Sequence record: NC_028927.1
Origin: Escherichia phage slur02
DNA: 64,000 bases
Strand: one strand, 5' to 3'
Shown here: in pieces, positions 28,025 to 37,368 of the stretch
Position numbering within the stretch: the first letter of the stretch is position 1
Layout of the letters: each line of letters begins with the position of its first letter
Translations under genes and position numbers: made by a program
Notes under the pieces: model-generated
What the model saw: the letters and a program-made list of their open reading frames with translations, nothing else
What the model was told of the DNA's origin: nothing
Databases searched by the model: none

Positions 28025-28202
28025 CTAAACGAATAGGTTCATGAATGCCATATCCCTGAACAGAAATTTCTGTAGTAGGATAAATTCCATCAATATCACC
28101 CATATTCCAGGCTTCGTTAAATTGCTGTTCGCCTGAATTACTAAACCACTCGGCGAAAGCATTTAGCACATCTTTAGAACCTTCAATAATTATCTTTGCC
28201 AT
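27981..28202 (-). CDS. Hypothetical small protein
   Basis: ORF track 73 aa. Confidence 0.4.
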   Translation of the reverse strand: MAKIIIEGSKDVLNAFAEWFSNSGEQQFNEAWNMGDIDGIYPTTEISVQGYGIHEPIRLVEYDLCTGEEVKYD

Positions 28203-28564
28203 TATAAGCTCTCAGTAAAGGTACGAGCAATAACGTCGCGCTGCTGTTCCGGAGTCAGAGAGTTAAAGCGAACTGCATAACCGGATACACGGATGGTCAG
28301 CTGCGGATATTTTTCCGGATGCTTAACTGCATCTTCCAGAGTTTCACGACGCAGAACGTTAACGTTCAGGTGTTGACCACCTTCAATTTTAACTGTAGGC
28401 TGTGGCTCAATTTCAATTTCACGAGCATGCAAACCGTAGAAAATTTCTGGGTCTACAAAAGAGTCCTCTTTAAAGGTTTTAGAGACAATAATTCGTGCTT
28501 GAATACCATCTTCAAAATAAATAGTACCTTTATGTGTGCCTTCAAGAATTTGATATGCTTTCAT
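28202..28564 (-). CDS. Autonomous glycyl-radical cofactor (GrcA/YfiD-like)
   Basis: 120 aa; C-terminus [29 protein letters not shown] is the glycyl-radical motif and matches my recollection of E. coli GrcA. Confidence 0.8.
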   Translation of the reverse strand: MKAYQILEGTHKGTIYFEDGIQARIIVSKTFKEDSFVDPEIFYGLHAREIEIEPQPTVKIEGGQHLNVNVLRRETLEDAVKHPEKYPQLTIRVSGYAVRFNSLTPEQQRDVIARTFTESL

Positions 28565-28571
28565 ATAAACC

Positions 28572-28898
28572 TCAATTAGAAAATAAATTTATCCAAGATT
28601 GTTCTTTAATTAAAAATGGCTCAGAATCATATGCCATTAAACTTTGGGTGATTAGTCCTTTAAAAGGTCCATCAATAAATTCCATGGTAAAATATGGAAT
28701 TTTATTCATTAACTGTGCGTTAGGAGCAGTGCACAAAACTCTGCATCCTTTGAATACACCTTTTTGTAATTTGTATTGCTTGGGATAAAATTCGCTTAAA
28801 ATGTTGTTATTTGCCAAAATTTCAAAATGATTTACCAATTTATTTTTAATAGTTTTTGGCGAAAAATAGAGATATTCGAAAAGCTGTGTGTCTGTCAT
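28572..28898 (-). CDS. Hypothetical protein
   Basis: ORF track ORF trimmed to Met 19. Confidence 0.45.
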   Translation of the reverse strand: MTDTQLFEYLYFSPKTIKNKLVNHFEILANNNILSEFYPKQYKLQKGVFKGCRVLCTAPNAQLMNKIPYFTMEFIDGPFKGLITQSLMAYDSEPFLIKEQSWINLFSN

Positions 28899-29494
28899 TA
28901 TTGCATTCCGATTACGAAAAACTGTGGACGAGTAATACCACCAATGCAACATTTACTATTACAGCAGTAGTGTACAGTGTCAATATGGACGCTATAAATC
29001 TTATCCATATCAGGAGATTTGACAGGCTCATCAATTATATACAAAATTCGCGAAAGCGATAAACCTCTGAACTTGCTTCCTTTATTACCAATAAAACTGC
29101 GTACAGAATCAGTAAATAAACGAAAACGTATATCATCATTAGAATAACGCGAAAATTCCTTTTTAATGTTATTTGCAGAAATTTTAGCGTAAGCTGAAGT
29201 ATTAGAAAGAACAATAACTGTTCCGCCATCATACAGCCAATTAGCAGCAAAGTTAGTCACAGCAATTGATTTACCAGATTGACGTCCACCATCTATACGA
29301 AGTGTGCAGTACTGTTTAAGTAATTCTTCAAATGGCGGGATATATTCGTTTTTACAAATTTCTTCTACTCTAGCATCAGAATGGTGTGTAAAAGCATTCA
29401 TCAGGGATAGATACGGGCCAGTTAAAAATGTTCTCATATTTTCTCTCTTAATTTTTGGGCCATTCCATGGCACATGAGTTGTCCATTCCTGCAT
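28898..29494 (-). CDS. Hypothetical P-loop NTPase
   Basis: 198 aa; Walker A-like GGRQSGKS. Confidence 0.5.
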   Translation of the reverse strand: MQEWTTHVPWNGPKIKRENMRTFLTGPYLSLMNAFTHHSDARVEEICKNEYIPPFEELLKQYCTLRIDGGRQSGKSIAVTNFAANWLYDGGTVIVLSNTSAYAKISANNIKKEFSRYSNDDIRFRLFTDSVRSFIGNKGSKFRGLSLSRILYIIDEPVKSPDMDKIYSVHIDTVHYCCNSKCCIGGITRPQFFVIGMQ

Positions 29495-29572
29495 TACCCA
29501 TTACCGCGCTTTGGCTCGACCTTATCACAGGTTGGCGGGAATACCTCAAATGAGGTCCAGGCTGTTCCCATA

Positions 29573-30046
29573 TTATTTGAACGATTTAACGTACTGAATA
29601 GAACCTTTACTATTTACAAAGGCAATTTTACCATTTTTATTATACATGGTAGCAGTACGTTGATAACCATAAGTTTGTTTACCAGATTGATAACCAACTA
29701 ATGCGAAATTATCTTCGCCCATTTTATTCTGTTTAGCGCGAATGCGTTCATGACCATGTGCCATAAGAACCTTAGCATCACCGGTTGCAATGGATCGACG
29801 AGTTTTTTCATCTTCAACTGTATTAACAAAGTCGTCAAATGAATCAAATTTAGCATGAGATTTATTATACAGTTTTCCATCTACTGCATAATTATATCCC
29901 TGTACATCCATCTCAACTTCTGTACCATCATCCAATACAGCAGTGATTTTTTGACCTTTTTTAAATTTCAAAAGATCAGTAAAAGATTCAGCAATAATTT
30001 GAGAATTAATAGCTGCTTCAGTGATAAATTCTTGATATGTTTTCAT
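29573..30046 (-). CDS. Internal-protein-like capsid protein
   Basis: 157 aa; N-terminal MKTYQEFITEA resembles the T-even capsid targeting sequence cleaved by prohead protease. Confidence 0.6.
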   Translation of the reverse strand: MKTYQEFITEAAINSQIIAESFTDLLKFKKGQKITAVLDDGTEVEMDVQGYNYAVDGKLYNKSHAKFDSFDDFVNTVEDEKTRRSIATGDAKVLMAHGHERIRAKQNKMGEDNFALVGYQSGKQTYGYQRTATMYNKNGKIAFVNSKGSIQYVKSFK

Positions 30047-30062
30047 ATGATTCCTTTAATTT

Positions 30063-30380
30063 TTATTCTTTAGGAAAATTTTTAGAATATGCGTCGTAAA
30101 GCTTATTTCCAATACGACGAAAAACTCTAGCTGCAAAACGATTTTCTGGGTTTTTAATCATAATTTGCATCATATAAGTACCCGCGTCTGAAAGAGCTTC
30201 TTCATAGTACCCGTTAATTTCTTTAAGAGTCCTACGTTTACCACCAGGACCATCAACAGTGATTTTCCATTTACCTGTAGAAGTGCGACTCGGCGGCTCA
30301 ACTTGTTCAATCCAAATATAACCGCCTTCTACACGTTGTCCTGCAGCAGATTCTGCAATAAATTCTTGATATGTTTTCAT
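30063..30380 (-). CDS. Internal-protein-like capsid protein
   Basis: 105 aa; N-terminal MKTYQEFIAESA; basic. Confidence 0.6.
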   Translation of the reverse strand: MKTYQEFIAESAAGQRVEGGYIWIEQVEPPSRTSTGKWKITVDGPGGKRRTLKEINGYYEEALSDAGTYMMQIMIKNPENRFAARVFRRIGNKLYDAYSKNFPKE

Positions 30381-30389
30381 ATGTTTCCT

Positions 30390-30806
30390 TTAAATGTAAA
30401 TATTTTTACCGTAATACTTATACCAATGTGGTTTCATTAAAATTTTTTCATCAAGTCGTTGTTGACTCAATTTAATAGCTGATTTGCATGGATTATAATC
30501 ATTTTTCCATTCTACTGGAATATCGCTGATGTCAGGAACTTCAGTATCTTTTATACTGAACCCTCGTTTTAAGCATTCCGTTATAATGTCTAATTGACGC
30601 TTTCGCAAAAATTCTAACTTATCGTAAAAGAACGTAACATGACCAGAACCTAAAATAAACTCGGAAGATATTTTAAAATCTTTAACGCGCTTACCGTTTG
30701 CCACATGCTTACGAACTATACCAAAAACACGTGGCAATTCACGGTATTCTGCGATTAAATGTTGATCAGCAAGTTCAGATACTAAAGTCAAATTAATACG
30801 AGTCAT
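30390..30806 (-). CDS. denV: Endonuclease V (pyrimidine-dimer DNA glycosylase)
   Basis: 138 aa; [17 protein letters not shown]...WYKYYGK as recalled for T4 DenV. Confidence 0.9.
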   Translation of the reverse strand: MTRINLTLVSELADQHLIAEYRELPRVFGIVRKHVANGKRVKDFKISSEFILGSGHVTFFYDKLEFLRKRQLDIITECLKRGFSIKDTEVPDISDIPVEWKNDYNPCKSAIKLSQQRLDEKILMKPHWYKYYGKNIYI

Positions 30807-30831
30807 TTTATCCCTCCAAGTAACTGTGAAT

Positions 30832-30860
30832 ATACTATCACAATTCTAGGAGAAAGTAAA
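30832..30860 (-). promoter_or_regulatory. Early promoter upstream of denV
   Basis: Minus strand TTTACT-17-TAGTAT. Confidence 0.5.
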
Positions 30861-30865
30861 CAACT

Positions 30866-31834
<969 letters not shown>

Positions 31835-31853
<19 letters not shown>

Positions 31854-32323
31854 TCAGTGATAAAGCTATTTAAATTTTGGGTATATTTCTTTTCATCAAA
31901 AATCTTTTGTTGTCTGCGTAAACGCCATGGCATTTCAATGAACGTGTACCATATCCCAGATAATATTGCTGCTGTAAAAATATTAACAAGTATGGTTAAA
32001 ATAATCCAATCTCCCGTTCTGTCTACTGGACTTTCTCCAAAGAAGCAAAATACAAATGATGTCACAGGAAAACTAATAATGTACCACAGAATCATAATTT
32101 TATCTGTGAACCAATCAGCATTTGTTAACTTAGCACGACCATTATGAATACACACGAATTTATCATCTGTTATAATAGATGGCTTAGCTGCTTGATATCC
32201 CATTCTAAACTCCCTAATCAACAAATTTTTCATATCTTCGGAACAACCATTCCAGTCAACTCTATTAACTGAAATGCCATCATCCCCATCATCTAAATCA
32301 TACCAGCGAGTTTTTAAAATCAT
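31835..32323 (-). CDS. Hypothetical membrane protein (paralog family)
   Basis: 162 aa; two hydrophobic helices; C-terminal ITECRKLK. Confidence 0.5.
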
Positions 32324-32682
32324 TTAATTTTCCTACAATCACTCACAAACTCTTCCATTGATTCTTTTTCAATATAAGACATGTAGCTATTATATTCCTT
32401 TAATTGTATTTTGTAATCCTTTTTTCTTTGCCAATTTATTTTAAAATTATCATAATGAAAATATAACATGGTACCAAAGAATGAAAATAATGAAATAATT
32501 TTAGTATAGTGAAGTTCACTCCAAACTTCTATTATATTTACTGTGCCGTCAATGTTTAAAATAAGACAGTCAATTAACAATCCAAAAAGACTACCCGCAA
32601 GAGCTGCAGCCAACGCTACAGCAAAAATTAAAAATGACTCAGGAAGAGAATATTTGACTTTATTTAGTTTTGGCTTTTGCAT
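32320..32682 (-). CDS. Hypothetical membrane protein (paralog family)
   Basis: 120 aa; two hydrophobic helices; C-terminal VSDCRKIK. Confidence 0.5.
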   Translation of the reverse strand: MQKPKLNKVKYSLPESFLIFAVALAAALAGSLFGLLIDCLILNIDGTVNIIEVWSELHYTKIISLFSFFGTMLYFHYDNFKINWQRKKDYKIQLKEYNSYMSYIEKESMEEFVSDCRKIK

Positions 32683-33077
32683 CGTGATTCCTTAACAAAT
32701 TTCATAATTTCATCAAATTCATGCGCAGCAAGTTTAAGCTGATGTTCCTTTTTAATCTTTTTACACTGAGCTTTCCAATCACGTACACGTTTACGATAGT
32801 GTCTTCCTTGATACCAGTATCCTATCCAATTTATAGGTACTAATAAAAGCGGAACTACCAATGGAAGAATTAGTGTTGCTCCAAATATTGCACCAGATTC
32901 AATATCAGTCATAACGTCTATAACTATTCCAGCAATCAGCAGAATCACAAATGATACGGCTACCACAGGACCTATTAACACATCAGTAGAAATTATCTGA
33001 CGCTTTAATTCATACTTCAACGGTTTACTTGGAAGGTATAGTGATGGCTTTGACATATTCTCTACATTCCTTAACAA
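32664..33077 (-). CDS. Hypothetical membrane protein (paralog family)
   Basis: 137 aa; two hydrophobic helices; C-terminal VKESRCKSQN. Confidence 0.5.
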   Translation of the reverse strand: MLRNVENMSKPSLYLPSKPLKYELKRQIISTDVLIGPVVAVSFVILLIAGIVIDVMTDIESGAIFGATLILPLVVPLLLVPINWIGYWYQGRHYRKRVRDWKAQCKKIKKEHQLKLAAHEFDEIMKFVKESRCKSQN

Positions 33078-33630
33078 ATTTTTCTAATAATAAATCGCTT
33101 TCAAAATTGGGATTTTCTACGAATTTATCAAAAAGATCATCAACAATAGTTAAGATATTCTTTTTACTAAGAATACGTTTATTTTCATGCTTCGTTTCAG
33201 AATCAACTATAAGAGTAAAGAAATATTTCTTGCCCTGAAATTTTACAGTAGTATCAATATAGAATAAATTTGACTTTTGTAAATTACGTTTAAACCATGC
33301 ATCACTTAAACTATAAACACCAAGATAATCATAATCGTCGTTTAAATAACATACTGTCCATTCAGGAGAAATGAAATCAGTAAATTCAACATCAAAATCA
33401 CATGTTAATGAATGAATTGATTCAATACTGTTAATAAGTATTCCAGGACGTATTAAAGACTTTTTACCTTTATAAAATCCAGAAAGACTTTCATCAGTTT
33501 CATATGAAGAACCCCAATAATAATTACGTCCTTCTGCCATACGTTTAAGAGCATTTAATAATTGGTCTGGAACATCAACCTGTCTTTGGAACTCTTCAAA
33601 CATTGAATTGAAATCACTTTGCATTTTCAT
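33025..33630 (-). CDS. Hypothetical protein
   Basis: ORF track 201 aa. Confidence 0.5.
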   Translation of the reverse strand: MKMQSDFNSMFEEFQRQVDVPDQLLNALKRMAEGRNYYWGSSYETDESLSGFYKGKKSLIRPGILINSIESIHSLTCDFDVEFTDFISPEWTVCYLNDDYDYLGVYSLSDAWFKRNLQKSNLFYIDTTVKFQGKKYFFTLIVDSETKHENKRILSKKNILTIVDDLFDKFVENPNFESDLLLEKFVKECREYVKAITIPSK

Positions 33631-33650
33631 TCCTACTTACTCCAAGTAAT

Positions 33651-33667
33651 AGGGGCCGAAGCCCCTT
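33651..33667 (-). terminator. Intergenic hairpin
   Basis: AGGGGC-CGAA-GCCCCT between 33672-34265 and 33025-33630; weak U-run. Confidence 0.35.
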
Positions 33668-33671
33668 ATCA

Positions 33672-34265
33672 TTATTTCAGAGAATTAATGTATTCCTGAA
33701 CATCGGCAGAGGTAGTTTCAACCCCAGAAATATTGCCATTAAAGGTTTCAACTCGAGCAAGAGTATCTTCAATATCAACCTTAGTCAGTGCTGCAATTTC
33801 AACTACATCATCAGCAGTACTAATTCCAAGGGCATTTGCTGCACGAGTTTCACGGATATATTCCAATTTAACTGCAAGTTCTTGGCGAGCATCATCCAAT
33901 TCAACTACTTTCTTGGCGATTTCAATTCGCATTTCAGCATAACCATCAGCTTTAGTAGTCAACTGTTCAGCTGTTCGACGATATAGCAAGCCGAGTTTAG
34001 CATGCATTGTTACATCTTGACCTTCAGAAAGAAGCTTGCGAATTTCACGCTCTTTTGATTCGGCCTGTCGATTCTTTTCGACAATAAGTTCACGAATACG
34101 TTTTTCTTCATTAATAGATTTAACAGAAGCAGTTTTTAGATCTTTAATCTTATCAAGTAGTTTTGCTGCCGCAGCAGTATACTGTTCTTCAACAGATAGA
34201 TTTTTAGCCATAGCAGAACCAAGTTTAGTGCGAATAAACTCAACAATTTTCTTCAGTGTGTTCAT
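33672..34265 (-). CDS. Hypothetical coiled-coil protein
   Basis: 197 aa; extended heptad-like charged segments. Confidence 0.55.
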   Translation of the reverse strand: MNTLKKIVEFIRTKLGSAMAKNLSVEEQYTAAAAKLLDKIKDLKTASVKSINEEKRIRELIVEKNRQAESKEREIRKLLSEGQDVTMHAKLGLLYRRTAEQLTTKADGYAEMRIEIAKKVVELDDARQELAVKLEYIRETRAANALGISTADDVVEIAALTKVDIEDTLARVETFNGNISGVETTSADVQEYINSLK

Positions 34266-34322
34266 AGTATTTCCTTAGGTTGGTATAATTAGATAATATC
34301 ACGTTTCTAATAGATTGTAAAC

Positions 34323-34658
34323 TTATTCTTCGTCTAGCTCGTCGATAAAGGCGTCGATGGCCTCGACAACGGCATCATTGATAGCCAATAAAATAAAATC
34401 ATCGTCAGTACCTTTAGAAGATTTTAAAGCATTGATATATGCTTGGTTGGCGAGTTCCCAAGCCTTTTTAAAATAAGGAGCTTCATCATCGGGGCCAACG
34501 AAACGTACGCCTTCAAAGATACGGTTAGCATAATCCAATACCCACTGTACAGGCATGTTTTGAGAACGTTCGTTAAACTCTTTAAATTCCTTAGATTCAA
34601 AAAGCTCTTCAGGATAATCATTTCTATTACAAAAAGCTTTACTAAAGTTACGTTTCAT
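34323..34658 (-). CDS. Hypothetical acidic protein
   Basis: 111 aa; early promoter at 34685-34713. Confidence 0.5.
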   Translation of the reverse strand: MKRNFSKAFCNRNDYPEELFESKEFKEFNERSQNMPVQWVLDYANRIFEGVRFVGPDDEAPYFKKAWELANQAYINALKSSKGTDDDFILLAINDAVVEAIDAFIDELDEE

Positions 34659-34684
34659 AATGTTTTCCTTGTGATGATAAGTCT

Positions 34685-34713
34685 ATAGTAACGCCTTCAT
34701 ACTTAGATGTAAA
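34685..34713 (-). promoter_or_regulatory. Early (sigma70-type) promoter
   Basis: Minus strand GTTTACA-17-TACTAT then AGACTTATCA. Confidence 0.55.
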
Positions 34714-34867
34714 CTATTTCAACATCGCCTTTTGCTGTTTTATAACCTTCAGCCCAAGATACAACCGAGTTTTTATCTGAAGATTCAAATTCTGGCATTG
34801 GGCTTTCGCCAATGTTCACGCAGTATGTTTCTTCATTTTCGTCGAACCAAATAATTAAAGTAGTCAT
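34703..34867 (-). CDS. Hypothetical 54-aa protein
   Basis: Own reading (MTTLIIWFDENEETYC...); GGAG RBS; promoter at 34904-34932. Confidence 0.3.
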   Translation of the reverse strand: MTTLIIWFDENEETYCVNIGESPMPEFESSDKNSVVSWAEGYKTAKGDVEIVYI

Positions 34868-34903
34868 TTATTTCTCCGTTTCTGTATTTGTTTTGATAAG
34901 TCT

Positions 34904-34932
34904 ATAATAACACCATCCTTGGTGTTTGTACA
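34904..34932 (-). promoter_or_regulatory. Early (sigma70-type) promoter
   Basis: Minus strand TGTACA-17-TATTAT then AGACTTATCA. Confidence 0.45.
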
Positions 34933-34935
34933 CAA

Positions 34936-35199
34936 TTATTTCATATTATTGAAATATTCTTCTGCGATTTCGTCGTTATCATGGTAAACTTTAGAAGACA
35001 GTTTAACATAACCTTCAGCAGTGAACATGTTAATCACAACCTTTACAGTATACCACTGACCATCTTCATTACCCATTACTGCGTAAGTTTCAAACATCGG
35101 ATGGTCAGGACCGATAACTTTAATATCATTCACTGTACGACCGAAATCTTCTGAAACACATTTCATAAAGAAGTTGAACAGCTCACCGTAATTATCCAT
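34936..35199 (-). CDS. Hypothetical protein
   Basis: ORF track ORF trimmed to Met 22 because the extension (MPFHGTIQLS) translates the promoter at 35243-35271; GGAG RBS. Confidence 0.5.
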   Translation of the reverse strand: MDNYGELFNFFMKCVSEDFGRTVNDIKVIGPDHPMFETYAVMGNEDGQWYTVKVVINMFTAEGYVKLSSKVYHDNDEIAEEYFNNMK

Positions 35200-35242
35200 T
35201 TCATTCTCCAAGTTGTTTTCTGTATCAGTAGTTGATAGTTGT

Positions 35243-35271
35243 ATAGTACCATGGAAGGGCAAGGATGTAAA
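35243..35271 (-). promoter_or_regulatory. Early promoter with conserved leader
   Basis: Minus strand GTTTACA-17-TACTAT then ACAACTATCAAC. Confidence 0.6.
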
Positions 35272-35400
35272 CCGTTTTGTGAAAAAATTTTTAAAAAGTT
35301 TTGGGGAATTCTAGGGCAGGAAGGGGAAATCAAAGGATAGGATAATATATTATAAAGGGTAGAAACTAAATGATGTCTAGAGAGGCCTGGAAAGGCCTAG

Positions 35401-35436
35401 ATACCAAAAAGCCCCAACCTTTCGGTCGGGGCTAAG
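35401..35436 (-). repeat. 36-bp direct repeat copy 1 (contains terminator hairpin)
   Basis: ATACCAAAAAGCCCCAACCTTTCGGTCGGGGCTAAG, identical to 35960-35995; minus strand folds GCCCCGACC-GAAA-GGUUGGGGC followed by UUUUUGG. Confidence 0.85.
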
Positions 35437-35440
35437 AATG

Positions 35441-35914
35441 TTATTTGATTTGTTTAGCAGACCAAATGCGATCTTTAATAATTTTTTGGATGTCTTCAAC
35501 ATACTCTAGGTCATGAGCATGTGGATTATCTTTGAAACTATAAGCACGAGCTAGTTTTTGGCCTTCAGTTTTGATTACTAAAAGCTCTTTAAGGATAGCT
35601 TCATATTTGGAGATAATTCCTTTAACAATATTTTTTTCTTGTGCAGCTTTAGGATCTGCTTTAGGAGCAGGTTTACCCGAAGCCTTTGCAAAAGCAGCGC
35701 CAGTAGCAACTAAACTTTTCCAGGCCATACTAACTGCATTTCCCGTAAATCCTTCCGCTTTCATGTCGCGTGCGAACTGGAATCGCGATTCATCAGAAGC
35801 ATCTTTATAGGAATATTTACCCGCTGTAATGGCTGCTTTTGCGACAGCTTGAATTTCGGTGCTAGATGCTTCATTTAACACCGCTTCATTTAAAAATTGA
35901 GTATATGATTTCAT
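35441..35914 (-). CDS. Internal-protein-like gene in a repeat-flanked cassette
   Basis: 157 aa; N-terminal MKSYTQFLNEA resembles the capsid targeting sequence; Ala/Lys-rich; flanked by identical 36-bp repeats. Confidence 0.6.
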   Translation of the reverse strand: MKSYTQFLNEAVLNEASSTEIQAVAKAAITAGKYSYKDASDESRFQFARDMKAEGFTGNAVSMAWKSLVATGAAFAKASGKPAPKADPKAAQEKNIVKGIISKYEAILKELLVIKTEGQKLARAYSFKDNPHAHDLEYVEDIQKIIKDRIWSAKQIK

Positions 35915-35954
35915 CTTATTTCCTGTTTTAATTCGTGGATTTAATATACTACTA

Positions 35955-35962
35955 TATTTATA
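35955..35962 (-). promoter_or_regulatory. Late promoter motif upstream of cassette gene
   Basis: Minus strand TATAAATA about 40 nt upstream of ATG at 35914; overlaps edge of repeat copy 2. Confidence 0.45.
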
Positions 35963-35995
35963 CCAAAAAGCCCCAACCTTTCGGTCGGGGCTAAG
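35960..35995 (-). repeat. 36-bp direct repeat copy 2 (contains terminator hairpin)
   Basis: Identical 36-mer on the other side of CDS 35441-35914. Confidence 0.85.
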
Positions 35996-36039
35996 CCTTG
36001 CGGCAACCTTGTCGGGGTTCCACCTGCTAAGGCAAGTGT

Positions 36040-36300
36040 TTGTACGAAACGCCGGGATTCGAACCCGGTTATTAAGCAGTTGACGCTACTCAATATTTTT
36101 AAAAGGCCATATCTCGACCATATCCGAACGTTCCGTCAAAAACGCTACTCGGCTTACGGCAAAGATATTTCCTCGAATCGATAATTCGGTGCGCCGTTTC
36201 TGCTGTGATGTAAGAGGGCATCAATAAACGCAAAGATTATTAACGCAATTCCTTACTCAGGGAACATCAGTCCGACGACTTACCGGTAGCGACCCGGTTT
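36040..36300 (-). ncRNA. Possible tRNA-like stable RNA region; boundaries not determined
   Basis: Noncoding stretch downstream of the tRNA cluster containing a T-arm-like element (CCGGG-TTCGAAT-CCCGG, 36052-36068) without a canonical cloverleaf. Confidence 0.3.
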
Positions 36301-36301
36301 C

Positions 36302-36652
36302 TTAATATTCTTTTAAAGCATCAATCTGTTTACGGCGTTCACGCCATAAATCAATTGCTTCATACGCGGATTCAACATTTCGAATTGGACGGCATTTATA
36401 TAAAGATTTGTGATTTTGATATTGCGTAGATAACGGAATTTTATCTAAAAGGTCTTTACGTTCAAAGTATTCGTAACCATCTAAGCCAAATGAACGATTT
36501 TTGAGAAATTGCCAATGACCAAATTCGTTTTGAATATAAATATAATCCGCATGTTGATAAAGTAAATTAATTTCACGAAATGAGATATGTTTTTCATATT
36601 CATTGAAGTAAAATGTTAAATCATGAACTACTAAATAAACATTACCTTTCAT
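36302..36652 (-). CDS. Hypothetical protein next to tRNA cluster
   Basis: ORF track 116 aa; no homing-endonuclease motif seen. Confidence 0.45.
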   Translation of the reverse strand: MKGNVYLVVHDLTFYFNEYEKHISFREINLLYQHADYIYIQNEFGHWQFLKNRSFGLDGYEYFERKDLLDKIPLSTQYQNHKSLYKCRPIRNVESAYEAIDLWRERRKQIDALKEY

Positions 36653-36670
36653 ATTTTCCTCACTTATAAT

Positions 36671-36746
36671 TGGTCGAGGCAGTAGGGATCGAACCTACGA
36701 CCTAGGACTTAGAAGGTCCTTGCTCTTCCTTCTGAGCTATGCCCCG
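36671..36746 (-). tRNA. tRNA-Arg (anticodon UCU), CCA encoded
   Basis: Manual cloverleaf: acceptor CGGGGCA/TGCCTCG, T-arm GTAGG-TTCGATC-CCTAC, anticodon loop CUUCUAA. Confidence 0.75.
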
Positions 36747-36750
36747 TAAT

Positions 36751-36826
36751 TGGGGTGACCGATGGGAGTCGAACCCATGACTACGAGAATCACAATCTCG
36801 AGTTCTACCAACTGAACTACGGCCAC
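36751..36826 (-). tRNA. tRNA-His (anticodon GUG), CCA encoded
   Basis: Manual fold: acceptor GTGGCCG/CGGTCAC, discriminator C, anticodon stem CGAGA/TCTCG with loop UUGUGAU; no G at -1. Confidence 0.6.
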
Positions 36827-36940
36827 ATTAATACCTACTCCAACAATCAAGATGTCTTCACACGAAATTAAGAGAAGAGTGATCAGTTCAACCCCTATAA
36901 TCGCGTCAAGTAGATATTAATGTGACAGTTGTCACAAATT

Positions 36941-37015
36941 TGGCGGACGTGATAGGATTCGAACCTATAACCAATCGCTTAACAGGCGATCGCTCTACCA
37001 TTGAGCTACACATCC
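36941..37015 (-). tRNA. tRNA-Asn (anticodon GUU), CCA encoded
   Basis: Manual fold: D-arm GCTC-AATGGTA-GAGC, anticodon stem ATCGC/GCGAT with loop CUGUUAA, T-arm ATAGG-TTCGAAT-CCTAT. Confidence 0.65.
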
Positions 37016-37019
37016 AAAT

Positions 37020-37106
37020 TGGTGGGGAGTGGTGGAGTCGAACCACCCGAGTCGCAATGACAATGAATTTACAGTCCACACCGCTACCTCTACGGGATAA
37101 CTCCCC
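37020..37106 (-). tRNA. tRNA-Tyr (anticodon GUA), long variable arm, CCA encoded
   Basis: Anticodon loop CUGUAAA, T-arm GGTGG-TTCGACT-CCACC, acceptor GGGGAGT/ACTCCCC. Confidence 0.6.
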
Positions 37107-37118
37107 TAATTCATAATT

Positions 37119-37193
37119 TGGTGGCCCTGGGTGGAATTGAACCACCATCTGGCGATTATGAGTCGCTTGCTTGAACCTTCCAGCTACAGGGCC
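37119..37193 (-). tRNA. tRNA with CAU anticodon (Ile in T4, or Met), CCA encoded
   Basis: Anticodon loop CUCAUAA; T-arm GGTGG-TTCAATT-CCACC; acceptor GGCCCTG/CAGGGCC. Confidence 0.65.
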
Positions 37194-37194
37194 T

Positions 37195-37270
37195 TGGTGC
37201 TGATTGACGGAATCGAACCGCCGACGTCCTCATTACAAGTGAGTTGCTCTACCTACTGAGCTAAATCAGC
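37195..37270 (-). tRNA. tRNA-Thr (anticodon UGU), CCA encoded
   Basis: Anticodon loop CUUGUAA; acceptor GCTGATT/AATCAGC. Confidence 0.7.
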
Positions 37271-37276
37271 AAAAAC

Positions 37277-37366
37277 TGGCGGAGGCGATAGGATTTGAAC
37301 CTATGAGTCGCCGGAGCGACTGCCGGTTTTCAAGACCGGTGCATTAAACCACTCTGCCACGCCTCC
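37277..37366 (-). tRNA. tRNA-Ser (anticodon UGA), long variable arm, CCA encoded
   Basis: Anticodon stem CCGGT/ACCGG with loop CUUGAAA; variable arm hairpin; acceptor GGAGGCG/CGCCTCC. Confidence 0.7.
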
Positions 37367-37368
37367 AG

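Noticed and set aside
33672-34265. Possible PspA/IM30-like identity of the 197-aa coiled-coil protein
   Set aside because: Only general coiled-coil character and length match; I could not find a convincing conserved motif, so it is called hypothetical.
35378-35400. Near-palindrome GAGGCCTGGAAAGGCCTAG next to repeat copy 1
   Set aside because: It is not a perfect inverted repeat (two AGGCCT copies in direct arrangement) and has no obvious partner site; possibly coincidental.
36906-37148. ORFs overlapping the tRNA cluster (36906-37148 minus, 36922-37116 plus, 37433-37693 minus, 37452-37700 plus)
   Set aside because: These are translations of tRNA gene sequence; the cloverleaf structures explain the region.
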